A stretch of 32,000 nucleotides of DNA from the NCBI RefSeq assembly GCF_000039765.1, contig NC_004459.3, forward strand, positions 2,181,127-2,213,126, given 5' to 3'. The translations under genes and the position numbers were made by a program. The notes beneath the pieces were generated by a model, which was not told the DNA's origin, did not search any database, and saw only the letters and a program-made list of their open reading frames with translations. Below are positions 15,795 to 25,416 of this stretch, piece by piece (positions within the stretch are counted from its first letter, which is position 1; every line of letters starts with the position of its first letter). This DNA comes from Vibrio vulnificus CMCP6. GTDB lineage: Bacteria > Pseudomonadota > Gammaproteobacteria > Enterobacterales > Vibrionaceae.

Positions 15795-17126
15795 CTAAAT
15801 ATCGAGCCGCAAGTTTTCTTGTATTTCATCTATCAGTGTTTTTGGTACATCCCATTCCTCAGCAAGCTGACGCCAAGTTGATACGTGCTCAATTGTTGTA
15901 TCAATAATATCGTCGATCTTTCTCTTGTTAAAAATAGGGCTTAGTTTCTCTAAGCTATAGAAATCACTTCGTGTAAAGTTATCTCTTTTACCATTCAAGC
16001 TCATCCAATGGCTGTTCACCCATTTACTACCTGGTTTATAGCTATAGGCTAAATCATAAGCTGGTGCGAGAGACCATTTGTCTTTTTTTAGCCTGTCTTG
16101 TTTCAACATAAAGGCAAAGTTCTTTGAGTGGTCGTCATGATTTCGAGCAATGATATTGAACGTCATGCGCTTGAATAGCTGCTCAGCGTCAACAGCGGAA
16201 AGCTTCAACTGTCTGGCAATGCCAAATAACTCTGCGTATGAGAATGACCCAGGCTTTTTATAATCAATGTGGGCAAGGCCGTTTAGCGTTTGTACGTGTA
16301 CCTTGCTATTTTTAATTCGATCAAACCGCTGTGTAATAAAGTGTCGTCGATTGCCTTCATGGAGTAAGCGGCATGGCATCATATCGACACCGCATTTGTT
16401 AGCCATTAAATGATAAACAAACTCCATCGCGCCATAGCCTAATGGGTCACCGAAGGTTTCTTGATTTTTGTTATGCTCACTAACACCATCAAACTTCATC
16501 AAATAATGAGTAAACCCACTTGGCACGTTGGTTTGGCCGGAGCGGACTTGAGTAAAATCTTCATTAAATGCTAATACGGCTTTCGGTCTTGCGCCGCCCG
16601 CACTCATACCAACAGATAATAAAGACATCATTGCCTCCCTATCGTCTTGGCCATTTTGTTTGAGCTCTACTTCAAAATTACCTCGTGAATCTAAGATTTC
16701 TTGTGCAATTGAAACGAGCGATTGGATTTCTACCTGTTGTGAAGCATTTAAACTTCGTAACTTTGTCGCTGGCGCATATTCAAGAGCGCCCATGCCTCGC
16801 TTTCCCGTATATTGGAGGCGTTGCAGTGGTGTAATGTCACTCGGTGAACGGCCCTGACTTGCAACCCATGCGTTGAGAACCGCGTTACCAAAATCATCAG
16901 GTAACGAGTCAGCAATTAAACCTGGAAGTCCTTTAAAGGTATTGAAATCCAGTTCGGGAAAGCGATAGATACGATTCGATAATGGCATTTTGATTGGAGA
17001 CAGCTCGACCCCCTTTTTTACAAAGCTGGGATCATATTCAAATGACCCAAGTCCCTTTTCAGTGTCAAAACTCACAGCGCCAACGAGATCGTCTTGGTAA
17101 GTTATTGTAATGACTTCCATTACCAT
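15795..17126 (-). CDS. hipA: HipA-family serine/threonine kinase toxin
   Basis: 443 aa. It has a HipA N-terminal coupling region, a GGARPKAVL loop and the catalytic block NHDDHSKNFAF. An alternative start at 17120 would give a TAATG overlap with the hipB stop. Confidence 0.88.
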   Translation of the reverse strand: MVMEVITITYQDDLVGAVSFDTEKGLGSFEYDPSFVKKGVELSPIKMPLSNRIYRFPELDFNTFKGLPGLIADSLPDDFGNAVLNAWVASQGRSPSDITPLQRLQYTGKRGMGALEYAPATKLRSLNASQQVEIQSLVSIAQEILDSRGNFEVELKQNGQDDREAMMSLLSVGMSAGGARPKAVLAFNEDFTQVRSGQTNVPSGFTHYLMKFDGVSEHNKNQETFGDPLGYGAMEFVYHLMANKCGVDMMPCRLLHEGNRRHFITQRFDRIKNSKVHVQTLNGLAHIDYKKPGSFSYAELFGIARQLKLSAVDAEQLFKRMTFNIIARNHDDHSKNFAFMLKQDRLKKDKWSLAPAYDLAYSYKPGSKWVNSHWMSLNGKRDNFTRSDFYSLEKLSPIFNKRKIDDIIDTTIEHVSTWRQLAEEWDVPKTLIDEIQENLRLDI

Positions 17127-17443
17127 TCTGGTGTTTCCTCATCTTTATTACTGCGCTGGCCAGAGGCTCTCTGCCTTTTCTTTCCTTGCAGTTTTGCCAG
17201 CTGTAAGGGAGAAATTTCTTGTTTAGGGATAAAGAGATCAATTTGTTCTGTAAGGTCTAATGCCATTAATATCGCGATCATGATATCGAGCTGCACTTTT
17301 CCTTTTTCTGCATTCAAAACTGTTTTGCGGGCAATGCCAGCAATTTCTGCAACTTCAGATTGTGTTAGGTCTCGATTGAGTCGAGCTTGCTTCAACCTAT
17401 CGCCGATCTCTTCTGCTAATGCTGCGGCTGTTACATGTTTCAC
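17120..17443 (-). CDS. hipB: HipB antitoxin (XRE-family HTH)
   Basis: 107 aa. The HTH is LTQSEVAEIAGIARKTVLNAEKGK. The basic/acidic tail ends in ETPEW, like the terminal Trp of E. coli HipB (NLEW). It overlaps hipA. Confidence 0.85.
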   Translation of the reverse strand: MKHVTAAALAEEIGDRLKQARLNRDLTQSEVAEIAGIARKTVLNAEKGKVQLDIMIAILMALDLTEQIDLFIPKQEISPLQLAKLQGKKRQRASGQRSNKDEETPEW

Positions 17444-17486
17444 TCTAAAGTCCTATTTCGGTTTCATTGTTTGTGTTTTGTCTGTG

Positions 17487-17510
17487 TAATGTCCTTAATT
17501 TAGGACCTTA
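17487..17510. promoter_or_regulatory. candidate HipB operator
   Basis: Imperfect 24-bp palindrome taatGTCCTtaatttAGGACctta. The core GTCCT-N6-AGGAC is at 17491-17506, about 45-65 bp upstream of the hipB start. An extra GTCCT half-site lies near 17450. Confidence 0.35.
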
Positions 17511-17949
17511 TGTTGGCACTGTCAATGATCGCATTTAGTGTTCCATTTTGGTGACATTAAGTGTTTTTAAGTCTAATAAAGTAACTATTTTTGGACATTG
17601 TGATGTTTGTAGAAAATCTCTTTTAGAGGGGAGTGATGGAAGGCTCTTTGGAGGGATTACCAGAAGCTCAACGGCTCCAACAAGAATTGAAAAGGCGGTA
17701 TGGCTATCATGCGCTCTCTATCAGAGGCAGCACTGAACAAGTTTACAGGGCTTGATATGACTGAAACGAAGTTGAATGTCTAATTATCGCAAGGGTGCCG
17801 ATTTGAATTGTGGGTACACGTTAAAAGTGACTGGTGATTGTTAAGGTAGTGCTAGTCAATCTTTCTATCGGCTTTCAAGTCTTCATTATCATTCGATATA
17901 AACTTACGACAATAAATTACTCTTGGTTATGAAAAGGATTCATAACACA

Positions 17950-17958
17950 TGGTATAAT
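17950..17958 (+). promoter_or_regulatory. candidate extended -10 promoter (TGgTATAAT)
   Basis: Perfect TATAAT at 17953-17958 with TG at 17950-17951, about 120 nt upstream of the 18081 gene. No good -35 element is present. Confidence 0.3.
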
Positions 17959-18080
17959 CTGCGGCTATAACATGCTGTGGTAAAAGAGATTTGTAGAATG
18001 TTCCGCTGTGGTGCCTTTCCCCTCTTAACCCATTGTCAGAAAAATAGTGAACAAACAAAGAATAGAAGGAACGAACAAAC

Positions 18081-18452
18081 ATGAAATGTCCAAAATGCAG
18101 TTCTGATTTTGAACAGCTTCAAACACCGCTAGGTGATGTAGAAAGATGCACGGAGTGTAAAGGGCTGTGGATTGACGCTTATGAAGTTGAAGCGATGAAA
18201 CCTCTTGCAGATGTCATCGATTCAGGTGATGAAGAGATCGGTAAAGCATTTAACGTGATAGACCGCATCAATTGCCCGGTTTGCCCCAACAACCAGTTAC
18301 TGCGCTTAGTTGATCCAAAACAGCCTCACATTTGGTTTGAAAGCTGCCCAACGTGTAAAGGCCGTTTCTATGATGCAGGTGAATTCAAAGATTTAGCTAC
18401 TCTCGACCTTTCTGACTTTTTCAAAAAGTTTGGCCTAGTTGAACGCTTGTAG
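18081..18452 (+). CDS. zinc-ribbon (zf-TFIIB-type) domain protein
   Basis: It has two CxxC...CxxC units: CPKC..CTECKGLWID and CPVC..CPTCKGRFYD. An RBS (aggaa) lies upstream. Confidence 0.7.
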   Translation: MKCPKCSSDFEQLQTPLGDVERCTECKGLWIDAYEVEAMKPLADVIDSGDEEIGKAFNVIDRINCPVCPNNQLLRLVDPKQPHIWFESCPTCKGRFYDAGEFKDLATLDLSDFFKKFGLVERL

Positions 18453-18600
18453 ATTCTACATCACATAATGAGGCGGGTTTCCATCGCTTGGTATAGTTAG
18501 CTAAGGGGTCGGAACTCGCTGATGTTGATGCATGGAAGTTAGAAGATATGGCGACCAAGACCAGGTCGCGTTCTTATTATCTCATCACGGAGCAAACAAC

Positions 18601-19119
18601 ATGGAATTAGTTGTCCCTTCACCAGAGCTTGAGCTTGCCTTTGCGCATTTTTACGACGATTTTGCTCAGAATGATCGTGAAAATGCGGACTATTATTTTG
18701 AGGGCAAAACAGATTTTTCAACGTATGTTCAGCGTTTGCACGATGAAGCAATGGGGGTAAATCTACGCGAAGGCTATGTACCATGCAGCCACTTTTGGCT
18801 GGTGGATGCTCAAAAAACGGTTCTTGGTGCTATTCGAGTTCGTCACAACATCAATAACGAATTTCTCGCCATAGAAGCAGGCCACATTGGCTACGATATC
18901 GCGCCTTCACATCGAGGAAAAGGGAACGGTAAAGTGATGCTTAAGTTGGCATTGCCGAAAGCGGCAGAGCTTGGCATTGAGCGGGCGTTAATCACCGCTG
19001 ATGAAGATAACCTTGCATCGCGAGGTGTGATAGAAGCCAACGGTGGCGAGTTTGAGAGCATTGTTATGGGTAAGGTGTTTCCCAATGCTTTGGCTCGGTA
19101 TTGGGTTGATTGTAAGTAA
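18601..19119 (+). CDS. GNAT-family N-acetyltransferase
   Basis: The acetyl-CoA motif is HRGKGNGKVMLKLAL. The preferred start is the ATG at 18601 (MELVVPS), which has ggag about 10 nt upstream. The ORF-track start at 18532 is less likely. Confidence 0.75.
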   Translation: MELVVPSPELELAFAHFYDDFAQNDRENADYYFEGKTDFSTYVQRLHDEAMGVNLREGYVPCSHFWLVDAQKTVLGAIRVRHNINNEFLAIEAGHIGYDIAPSHRGKGNGKVMLKLALPKAAELGIERALITADEDNLASRGVIEANGGEFESIVMGKVFPNALARYWVDCK

Positions 19120-19167
19120 ATCGCCCACTTTCATTCCAACAAAGAGATGACCACCTAGGAGGTTCAT

Positions 19168-19707
19168 TTGAATCATCGTGTTGTGTTTACCGGTGGGCCG
19201 GGGGCGGGCAAAACCTCCGTTATCGAATATCTCAATAACTTAGGTTACCCAAGTGCGCCCGAAGTGGGGCGAAAAGTCATCCAAGCACAAATGCAAGCTC
19301 AAGGTAGCGCGTTACCTTGGTTGGACAAATTGGCCTTTCGCGATCAAATGGTGGCTGAAGAAATCAAAAACTATGACGACTTTGGGCATGCGGTAACCAC
19401 TTTTTATGATAGAAGCATTATTGACTGCTATGGCTACAGTAAGCTTGAAAACTTACCCATTTCGACGCTTTTATCCACGAAATGTTGCGAGTTAAGGTAT
19501 GAGCGTAAGGTGTTTATTTTCCCGCCGTGGGAATCGATCTATAAAAATGATCGAGAGCGAAAGCAAGATTTTAAAGAAGCTGTTGCTACGTATCGCGAGA
19601 TGGTGAGTGCCTACACGCAGTTTGGTTACGATTTGCTTGAAGTGCCGATGGTTTCCGTTCGAGAGCGAGCGGAATTTATTTTAAACAACCTTAGGTCAAA
19701 TCTTTAG
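19168..19707 (+). CDS. AAA_28/NadR-like P-loop ATPase
   Basis: Walker A is VVFTGGPGAGKTSV. The start is TTG, preceded by a strong RBS (aggagg). Confidence 0.7.
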   Translation: MNHRVVFTGGPGAGKTSVIEYLNNLGYPSAPEVGRKVIQAQMQAQGSALPWLDKLAFRDQMVAEEIKNYDDFGHAVTTFYDRSIIDCYGYSKLENLPISTLLSTKCCELRYERKVFIFPPWESIYKNDRERKQDFKEAVATYREMVSAYTQFGYDLLEVPMVSVRERAEFILNNLRSNL

Positions 19708-19734
19708 TATGGCGTTATGCCTTTGGGAGAAAAG

Positions 19735-20205
19735 ATGAAGTTTTATCGCGCAGAGGAGTATCAGGCTTCTTGTGAACAACGCTATCAAAAATACAAAAGT
19801 GAGATTGAAGCGCTACTCCCTGATGCCGTTGTCGAGCATGTGGGAGCATCTTCCATTCCTTTGGCGGTCTCTAAAGGTGACTTGGATATCTATGTGGGTG
19901 TGGATAGCGAAGATTTAGAGAGCGCGGTAAAAATACTCAAAGGTTTGGGCTTTGAGGAAAAGCAAGATACGTTAAGAACGCCTGAGCTATGCATGTTGGA
20001 AAGCACCGCCAATGACGATGTAGCATTCCAAGTGGTTGCCAATGGTTCTGAGTTTGAGTGCTTTTTGGCGTTTCGAGATAAGCTTCGTGCAAACCCTGAG
20101 TTGGTTCAACAATACAATACACTGAAAATGGCTTGTACTGGTTGGTCTCAAGACGAATATCGTCTGAAAAAGTCAGCGTTTGTTGAACATGTTTTGGCGC
20201 AGTAA
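19735..20205 (+). CDS. GrpB-family protein
   Basis: EHVGASSIPLAVSKGDLDIYVGV matches the GrpB nucleotidyltransferase-like core. The preferred start is the ATG at 19735 (MKFYRAEEY), with an RBS gggaga. Confidence 0.7.
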   Translation: MKFYRAEEYQASCEQRYQKYKSEIEALLPDAVVEHVGASSIPLAVSKGDLDIYVGVDSEDLESAVKILKGLGFEEKQDTLRTPELCMLESTANDDVAFQVVANGSEFECFLAFRDKLRANPELVQQYNTLKMACTGWSQDEYRLKKSAFVEHVLAQ

Positions 20206-20222
20206 ATAACGTGTGTAAGAAG

Positions 20223-20753
20223 ATGGATAAGCTCATTGCCCTCATCAAAGAAGACCGAATGAGAACAGAGGCGTTAGGCCATGTGGCCGAGTTGTCATTG
20301 CCTCAGTGCTATATTGCCGCAGGCTTTGTGCGAAATTTGGTGTGGGATTCATTACACGGTTTCGTCACTCCCTTGAATGATGTTGATGTGATCTACTTTG
20401 ATCCCACAGAGTCAAACCCCGATGCTTATCTGCAATATGAAGCGCATTTAAAGGCGCGTATGCCGCAGTTCAATTGGCAGATTCGCAATCAAGCAAAAAT
20501 GCATATTCGTAACGGGGATGAGCCGTATCAAAGCGCGGTAGATGCCATGCGTTATTGGCCAGAGAAAGAAACGGCGGTGGCCGTTCGGCAAGTGGCGGCA
20601 GATCGCTATGAATGTGTTTCGGCTTTTGGGCTTGAATCTCTATTTCGTGGGCATATCACGCACAATCCAAAGCGTTGTTTGGCAACGTTTGAACACCGCG
20701 TTATTTCAAAAGGATGGGTGTCCCGCTGGCCCAAATTAGTGGTGATGTCGTAA
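20223..20753 (+). CDS. nucleotidyltransferase-family protein (NTP_transf_6-like)
   Basis: The core is CYIAAGFVRNLVWD...NDVDVIYFD. The preferred start is the ATG at 20223 (MDKLIAL). Confidence 0.65.
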   Translation: MDKLIALIKEDRMRTEALGHVAELSLPQCYIAAGFVRNLVWDSLHGFVTPLNDVDVIYFDPTESNPDAYLQYEAHLKARMPQFNWQIRNQAKMHIRNGDEPYQSAVDAMRYWPEKETAVAVRQVAADRYECVSAFGLESLFRGHITHNPKRCLATFEHRVISKGWVSRWPKLVVMS

Positions 20754-20850
20754 CAACACGGTGCTGCTTGGGCTTGCCTTTACCGTGATGCTGCTGGTGG
20801 CTCTGAATCTGCATCACTCATTTCTATCAATTCACGGAGTGGAGAGAATA

Positions 20851-21240
20851 ATGGAAGCAAAAGAGGTCGTTTTAGCCTATTGGCAGGCGATGAAAAGCAA
20901 TGATTTTGCCAAAGCCAGTGAATGGTTAAGTTTGGATTTTGAGGGTTTTTGGCCGCAATCTGGCGAACTTATTGTTGGCAGAGAGAATTTTATCGCGATT
21001 AACACCGATTACCCGGCCAATGGTGTTTGGACATTCGACATTCATTCCGTTGTTTGTGAAGGGGCTACGGTTGTGACAGACGTTGTGATCACCGATGGCG
21101 TTCAAAAAGCGCGAGCCATTACCTTTCATACGGTTGAAAATGGGCTTATCTGCAAGCAAAAGGAATTTTGGCCCGACCCAATGCCAGCGCAAACCTGGCG
21201 TTCAAAATGGGTCAAGATCGTTCAAGAGTCGTTTGATTAA
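20851..21240 (+). CDS. SnoaL/NTF2-like fold protein
   Basis: The N-terminus is the SnoaL-like MEAKEVVLAYWQAMKSNDFAKASEWL. The ATG at 20851 has an RBS (ggagag). The longer ORF-track start at 20761 is unlikely. Confidence 0.6.
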   Translation: MEAKEVVLAYWQAMKSNDFAKASEWLSLDFEGFWPQSGELIVGRENFIAINTDYPANGVWTFDIHSVVCEGATVVTDVVITDGVQKARAITFHTVENGLICKQKEFWPDPMPAQTWRSKWVKIVQESFD

Positions 21241-21298
21241 GTGATTTTTGGGCTATCGCGAGCCACAAAAGAATAAACGAAACAATAGGGAGAAAGTT

Positions 21299-21934
21299 TT
21301 GCAAGAGTTTCAAGTTTACCTGTTTGATATGGATGGCACCTTAGTGAACTCGGAGCCGTTGAAGGGGCAAGCATTAGCCCTGGCTTGTCAAGATTACGGC
21401 TCAGTGGTGGATTTTAATATCTATAAAGAGGTGATGGGGGAGAGCTGGCCTGTGGTCACTGGCCACTTTTTCAAACACGCGAATATTTCCCCTGAGCTCG
21501 CCGAGTTCAATACACACTTTCGGGCTCACTACGAGAGATTGTTGTCGGAAAACCTCGAATTGAATCGCGGTGCGAAAGCGTACATTGAACATTTGAATGC
21601 GAGCGGAAAGCAGTGTGCCGTGGTGAGTTCGGCAGCAACGTGGATGGTGGAAAACATACTGAATGCGCTGGATCTGAAGGAGGCGTTTAAGGTTGTGATC
21701 ACACAAGAACACGTCACAAAACACAAACCCGACCCAGAAGCCTTTAATCTGGCGTTGTCAAAACTGGGTGTGACGCCAGAGCAGGCAATTATATTTGAAG
21801 ATTCTCATGCTGGCGTCTTGGCTGGTCGAGCGAGCGGTTGTAACGTGGTGGCCATCAGGCATGAGTTTAATGGCAAAAATGATTTGAGTGGCGCGGTTGC
21901 TTGTATCGAGAGTTTTGAAGCGCTTTTGGTGTAA
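21299..21934 (+). CDS. HAD-superfamily hydrolase (beta-phosphoglucomutase-like subfamily)
   Basis: Motif I is LFDMDGTLVNSE, motif II is AVVSSA, and motifs III/IV are K...FEDSHAGVLAGRASG. The preferred start is TTG at 21299, with an RBS gggaga 5 nt upstream. Confidence 0.75.
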   Translation: MQEFQVYLFDMDGTLVNSEPLKGQALALACQDYGSVVDFNIYKEVMGESWPVVTGHFFKHANISPELAEFNTHFRAHYERLLSENLELNRGAKAYIEHLNASGKQCAVVSSAATWMVENILNALDLKEAFKVVITQEHVTKHKPDPEAFNLALSKLGVTPEQAIIFEDSHAGVLAGRASGCNVVAIRHEFNGKNDLSGAVACIESFEALLV

Positions 21935-22003
21935 TGCAAAACGCAAACAAATTCAGGCCAAGGTCGGGCAATACGGTGCATTTGAAACAACGCCTAATGC
22001 TTT

Positions 22004-22035
22004 AAAAACTCAACCTGGTGACAGATTGAGTTTTT
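22004..22035. terminator. bidirectional terminator between convergent HAD and MCP genes
   Basis: A 10-bp stem aaaaactcaa (22004-22013) pairs with ttgagttttt (22026-22035). The A and T tracts on either side allow it to work on both strands. Confidence 0.7.
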
Positions 22036-22065
22036 ACTTTTTGTCGGCCAAGTATTCGTTGACCG

Positions 22066-23706
22066 TTACACTTTAAAGAAGGCAACTTCTTGTTTGAGAT
22101 GATCAGAAAGCGCGTTCAAGTTCTGGCTGGCCACCTGGTTATTCTCCATTGATCGAATGGACTCCTTCGACATGCAGGATATCTGTTCCATGGCCACGAC
22201 GAGCTCACGGACCACTTCCACTTGTTCATCCGTTGCGATCACAACGTCACGCACTCGGTTGAGAGAATCTTGAGACTGCTGCTCAATGCTCACCAGCAGT
22301 TGGCTCGCTTGTGCGGTGTTTTTCTGACAACTCTCTACTTTAGGCTGTGTGTTTTCCATTGCGCTCACGCTGGCAACGGTTTGAGCTTGCACTTCTTTGA
22401 GCATCGCCTCGATCTGCGTTGTCGCTTCGCCTGTACGTTTGGCTAGGCTCCGTACCTCATCGGCCACAACGGCAAAGCCACGCCCAGATTCACCCGCTCG
22501 CGCCGCTTCTATCGCGGCATTCAGCGCGAGCAAGTTGGTTTGCTCTGAGATACTGCTGATCATATTGACGATTCCGCCAATATCGCGCGTTTTGGCTTCT
22601 AGCTGTTTGACCTGAGCAACCGTTTCATTGACGGCGACTGTCACAGACAGCATTTGCTCCGCTACTGCCGCCACAAGCACGCGGCCATCACGGGCATTAT
22701 CCGAGGTATTGACTGAGTTTTGTTCAGTAAGGCTCACCACTTTAGCAATCTCATCAATGCTGGCGTGCATGCTTTCTAATTTTGTGGCCATGTTTTGTGT
22801 CAGCGATGCTTGTTGCTGAGCGGAGTCAAAGACCGAACTGGAACCGCTTGAAACGGCTTCCACTTGGGTGGCCAGTTGCTCTGATGCGTTTCGGATATTG
22901 TGCACGATAGAGCTGAGTTTATCGGACATCAACGAAAGTGAGTGCAGAATACTGCCTTGGTCACTGCTCTGATATTGTTGAGTTAACTCGCCATTGGCCA
23001 TCAACTGAATCGCATGTTGAGCCACATAAGGTTCACCCCCCAAGGAGAGGCGAAAACTGCGCTCAATAATGAAACCAACCATCGCCGAAATCAGCACGGC
23101 GATACCACTTAGCACCAGCATTAAGCTCTGAAATCCGTTGGCCTCCGCACGAGCGATGGGCGTCAGTTGTTGGTTGAGCGACTCTTGATAATCAATAAAC
23201 TCATTGATCACTTTTAACCAGTTGGCGAAGCTTGGACGAACTTGCTCAAGCAGCATAGGGGTAACGTCTTCGCCACTCTTTTTCTTCGCAATCACTTCTC
23301 TCACAAGAGGCAGCGTTTTTGTTTGTATATCACCAATGCGCTGCAAAATGGCTCGCTCTTGCGCTGAAAAGGGAATGCCATCAGCCATCATGCTTTGCAT
23401 GTTTTGTTCCGATTGTTGATAGAATTTTTCTAATCGACGGATTTCATCTTCAAAACGAGCAAGCTCTTGTGGGGTTCGAGCCATTGCAACATCGCGAATG
23501 GCGATAGCTCGATCATGAACACTGCCGCGAAAGTTGATCGCGTATCGTTGTTTTACCGAGTTAATGTCCGTCACCTCAGCAAGGCTCATGTCGATAAAGT
23601 TAACTTTTTGAATTCCGACGATGGTCAGTAATGCCATAAGTGCCACTAACGTACCAAAACCGAGCGCCAAACGCGTCCTTACTTTTAACTTTGCAAGGTA
23701 TTGCAT
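22066..23706 (-). CDS. methyl-accepting chemotaxis protein
   Basis: The signalling hairpin is [35 protein letters not shown]. There are two TM segments and a HAMP domain. The preferred start is the ATG at 23706 ([12 protein letters not shown]), with an aggag RBS. Confidence 0.9.
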   Translation of the reverse strand: MQYLAKLKVRTRLALGFGTLVALMALLTIVGIQKVNFIDMSLAEVTDINSVKQRYAINFRGSVHDRAIAIRDVAMARTPQELARFEDEIRRLEKFYQQSEQNMQSMMADGIPFSAQERAILQRIGDIQTKTLPLVREVIAKKKSGEDVTPMLLEQVRPSFANWLKVINEFIDYQESLNQQLTPIARAEANGFQSLMLVLSGIAVLISAMVGFIIERSFRLSLGGEPYVAQHAIQLMANGELTQQYQSSDQGSILHSLSLMSDKLSSIVHNIRNASEQLATQVEAVSSGSSSVFDSAQQQASLTQNMATKLESMHASIDEIAKVVSLTEQNSVNTSDNARDGRVLVAAVAEQMLSVTVAVNETVAQVKQLEAKTRDIGGIVNMISSISEQTNLLALNAAIEAARAGESGRGFAVVADEVRSLAKRTGEATTQIEAMLKEVQAQTVASVSAMENTQPKVESCQKNTAQASQLLVSIEQQSQDSLNRVRDVVIATDEQVEVVRELVVAMEQISCMSKESIRSMENNQVASQNLNALSDHLKQEVAFFKV

Positions 23707-24354
23707 TCCATACTCCTGATAGCAAACGTAACCGTTGAGGCAATGTCGCCAGCAACGCCTATTTTTTAGTTTTTGTGGAAAGAGTGAGACCGCTTTATTC
23801 GAGCAAAAATGACAAGCAACCAAAGAAAGGGTGAAGTATCACCAACATTGATGAAATCAGCGCCTGGATATTGTGGTCTCGCGCGACATTCTCGCAGAGG
23901 GAGAAGGGGGGAATCCAATTGCTTGCTGTGATTAGGTTAATCGGTAAAAACTATTGAAGTAGTAAGCTTAGCGATGCAAAAGTATGCCCTATATACAATT
24001 GCGGAGTTTCACTAACGTTTCGGGTTTCTGACTGTCGTTGAGTGATGTTGGCTATCACATACATATCTTGTACTTGATATGTCAATCGTTGCCATGACTG
24101 GTCAATCAATTCTCCTTCCTCTTTAAGCACAATTTTTACAGTGTTTTTTTTGCCGATTAAAGGAGTATAGTTGGCGTTAACCCAATGTTTTATCGAACTA
24201 TATTATTCATTTTTTGCTCAGTTATTAGTCAGAAATGGCTCAAAAATCAATAGGTAAAACAGGGTTGGTAATAACAAAGCAAATAGCTCAATGTTTGCTG
24301 TAAGCAGTAATAAAAAGGCAAGTGCGAGAGAACTGGCCGACGAAGGAGAACACC

Positions 24355-25350
24355 ATGATCAAGATCGCTTTTTTTAGCGCGAAATCTTATGACGAAGCCT
24401 CGTTTAATAAAGTGAATGGCAACAAAGAGTATGAGTTTCACTACCATGATTTTCGCTTGCGGCTAAAAACCAGCAAAATGGCTCAAGGTTGTGATGTGGT
24501 CTGTGCTTTCGTCAATGACGATCTCTCTTCCCCTGTCCTTGAGCAGTTAGCGCTTGGTGGCACAAAGCTGATTGCGATGCGCTGTGCTGGGTTTGATAAA
24601 GTCGATCTGCAGGCGGCCAAAGAACTGGGTTTGCAAGTGGTGCGAGTGCCAGCGTACTCTCCAGAGGCGGTAGCGGAACACGCGGTTGGCATGATGATGT
24701 GTCTGAATCGTCGCTTGCATAAAGCCTATCAGCGAACTCGCGATGCCAACTTCTCGCTTGAGGGGTTAGTTGGCTTTAATTTCTACGGCAAGACCGTTGG
24801 GGTCATTGGTACGGGGAAAATCGGCCTTGCGACGATGCGGATTCTAAAAGGATTGGGGATGGAAATTCTTTGCTACGATCCTTATGAAAATCCACTGGCC
24901 ATCGAAATGGGCGCGCGCTACACCACTCTCCAGGAGATTTACCAAAGTGCCGATGTGATTTCGCTGCATTGTCCGATGAGCAAAGAAAACTTCCATTTGC
25001 TCAATGAACATTCGTTTGAACAGATGAAAGATGGTGTGATGATCATCAACACGAGCCGCGGTGAATTACTTGATTCAGCAGCGGCGATTGAAGCGCTGAA
25101 AAAAGGCAAAATAGGCGCATTGGGCCTCGATGTTTATGACAACGAGAAAGATCTGTTCTTCCAAGACAAATCGAATGATGTGATTGTCGATGACGTGTTC
25201 CGCCGTTTGTCTGCGTGCCACAACGTTTTGTTTACTGGCCATCAGGCCTTTTTAACGCATGAAGCGTTGAACAATATTGCCTCGGTAACGCTTAACAATG
25301 TCGAGGCTTTCTTTGCTGGCAACACCTCTGGCAATGAGCTGGTGGAATAA
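24355..25350 (+). CDS. ldhA: D-lactate dehydrogenase (2-hydroxyacid dehydrogenase family)
   Basis: Long identity blocks match recalled E. coli LdhA: RCAGF, VVRVPAYSPEAVAEHA, YQRTRDANFSLEGL, GVIGTGKIG, VISLHCP, NTSRG, FRRLSACHNVLFTGHQAFLT. The start ATG at 24355 follows aggaga. Confidence 0.9.
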   Translation: MIKIAFFSAKSYDEASFNKVNGNKEYEFHYHDFRLRLKTSKMAQGCDVVCAFVNDDLSSPVLEQLALGGTKLIAMRCAGFDKVDLQAAKELGLQVVRVPAYSPEAVAEHAVGMMMCLNRRLHKAYQRTRDANFSLEGLVGFNFYGKTVGVIGTGKIGLATMRILKGLGMEILCYDPYENPLAIEMGARYTTLQEIYQSADVISLHCPMSKENFHLLNEHSFEQMKDGVMIINTSRGELLDSAAAIEALKKGKIGALGLDVYDNEKDLFFQDKSNDVIVDDVFRRLSACHNVLFTGHQAFLTHEALNNIASVTLNNVEAFFAGNTSGNELVE

Positions 25351-25371
25351 CGGCCGCAGATGGGTTGTGTG

Positions 25372-25416
25372 AAGCAGTGTCACTCTTATTGAGTGGCACT
25401 GCTTTGATTGTTTTTT
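25372..25416 (+). terminator. ldhA terminator
   Basis: Stem aagcagtgtcactc (25372-25385) pairs with gagtggcactgctt (25391-25404), followed by tgattgtttttt. Confidence 0.75.

Noticed and set aside
17548-17760. 62-aa ORF (17548-17736) and an overlapping 39-codon ORF (MEGSLEGLPEAQRLQQELKRRYGYHALSIRGSTEQVYRA) upstream of hipB
   Set aside because: There are no recognisable motifs, the start contexts are poor or ambiguous, and the ORFs lie in a promoter region. They cannot be supported without expression or conservation data.
18532-18600. Longer N-terminal extensions given by the ORF track for several genes (GNAT 18532, GrpB 19717, NTase 20211, SnoaL 20761, HAD 21248, MCP 23823, ldhA 24322, AhpD 30394, AraC 30388, WYL 5046)
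   Set aside because: In each case an internal start has a better RBS and gives the N-terminus expected for the family. Examples are MIKIAFF for LdhA and DMDGT close to the N-terminus for the HAD protein.
18081-21934. Integron gene cassettes
   Set aside because: No attC/VCR-like imperfect inverted repeats lie between the genes, and there is no intI or attI in the window.
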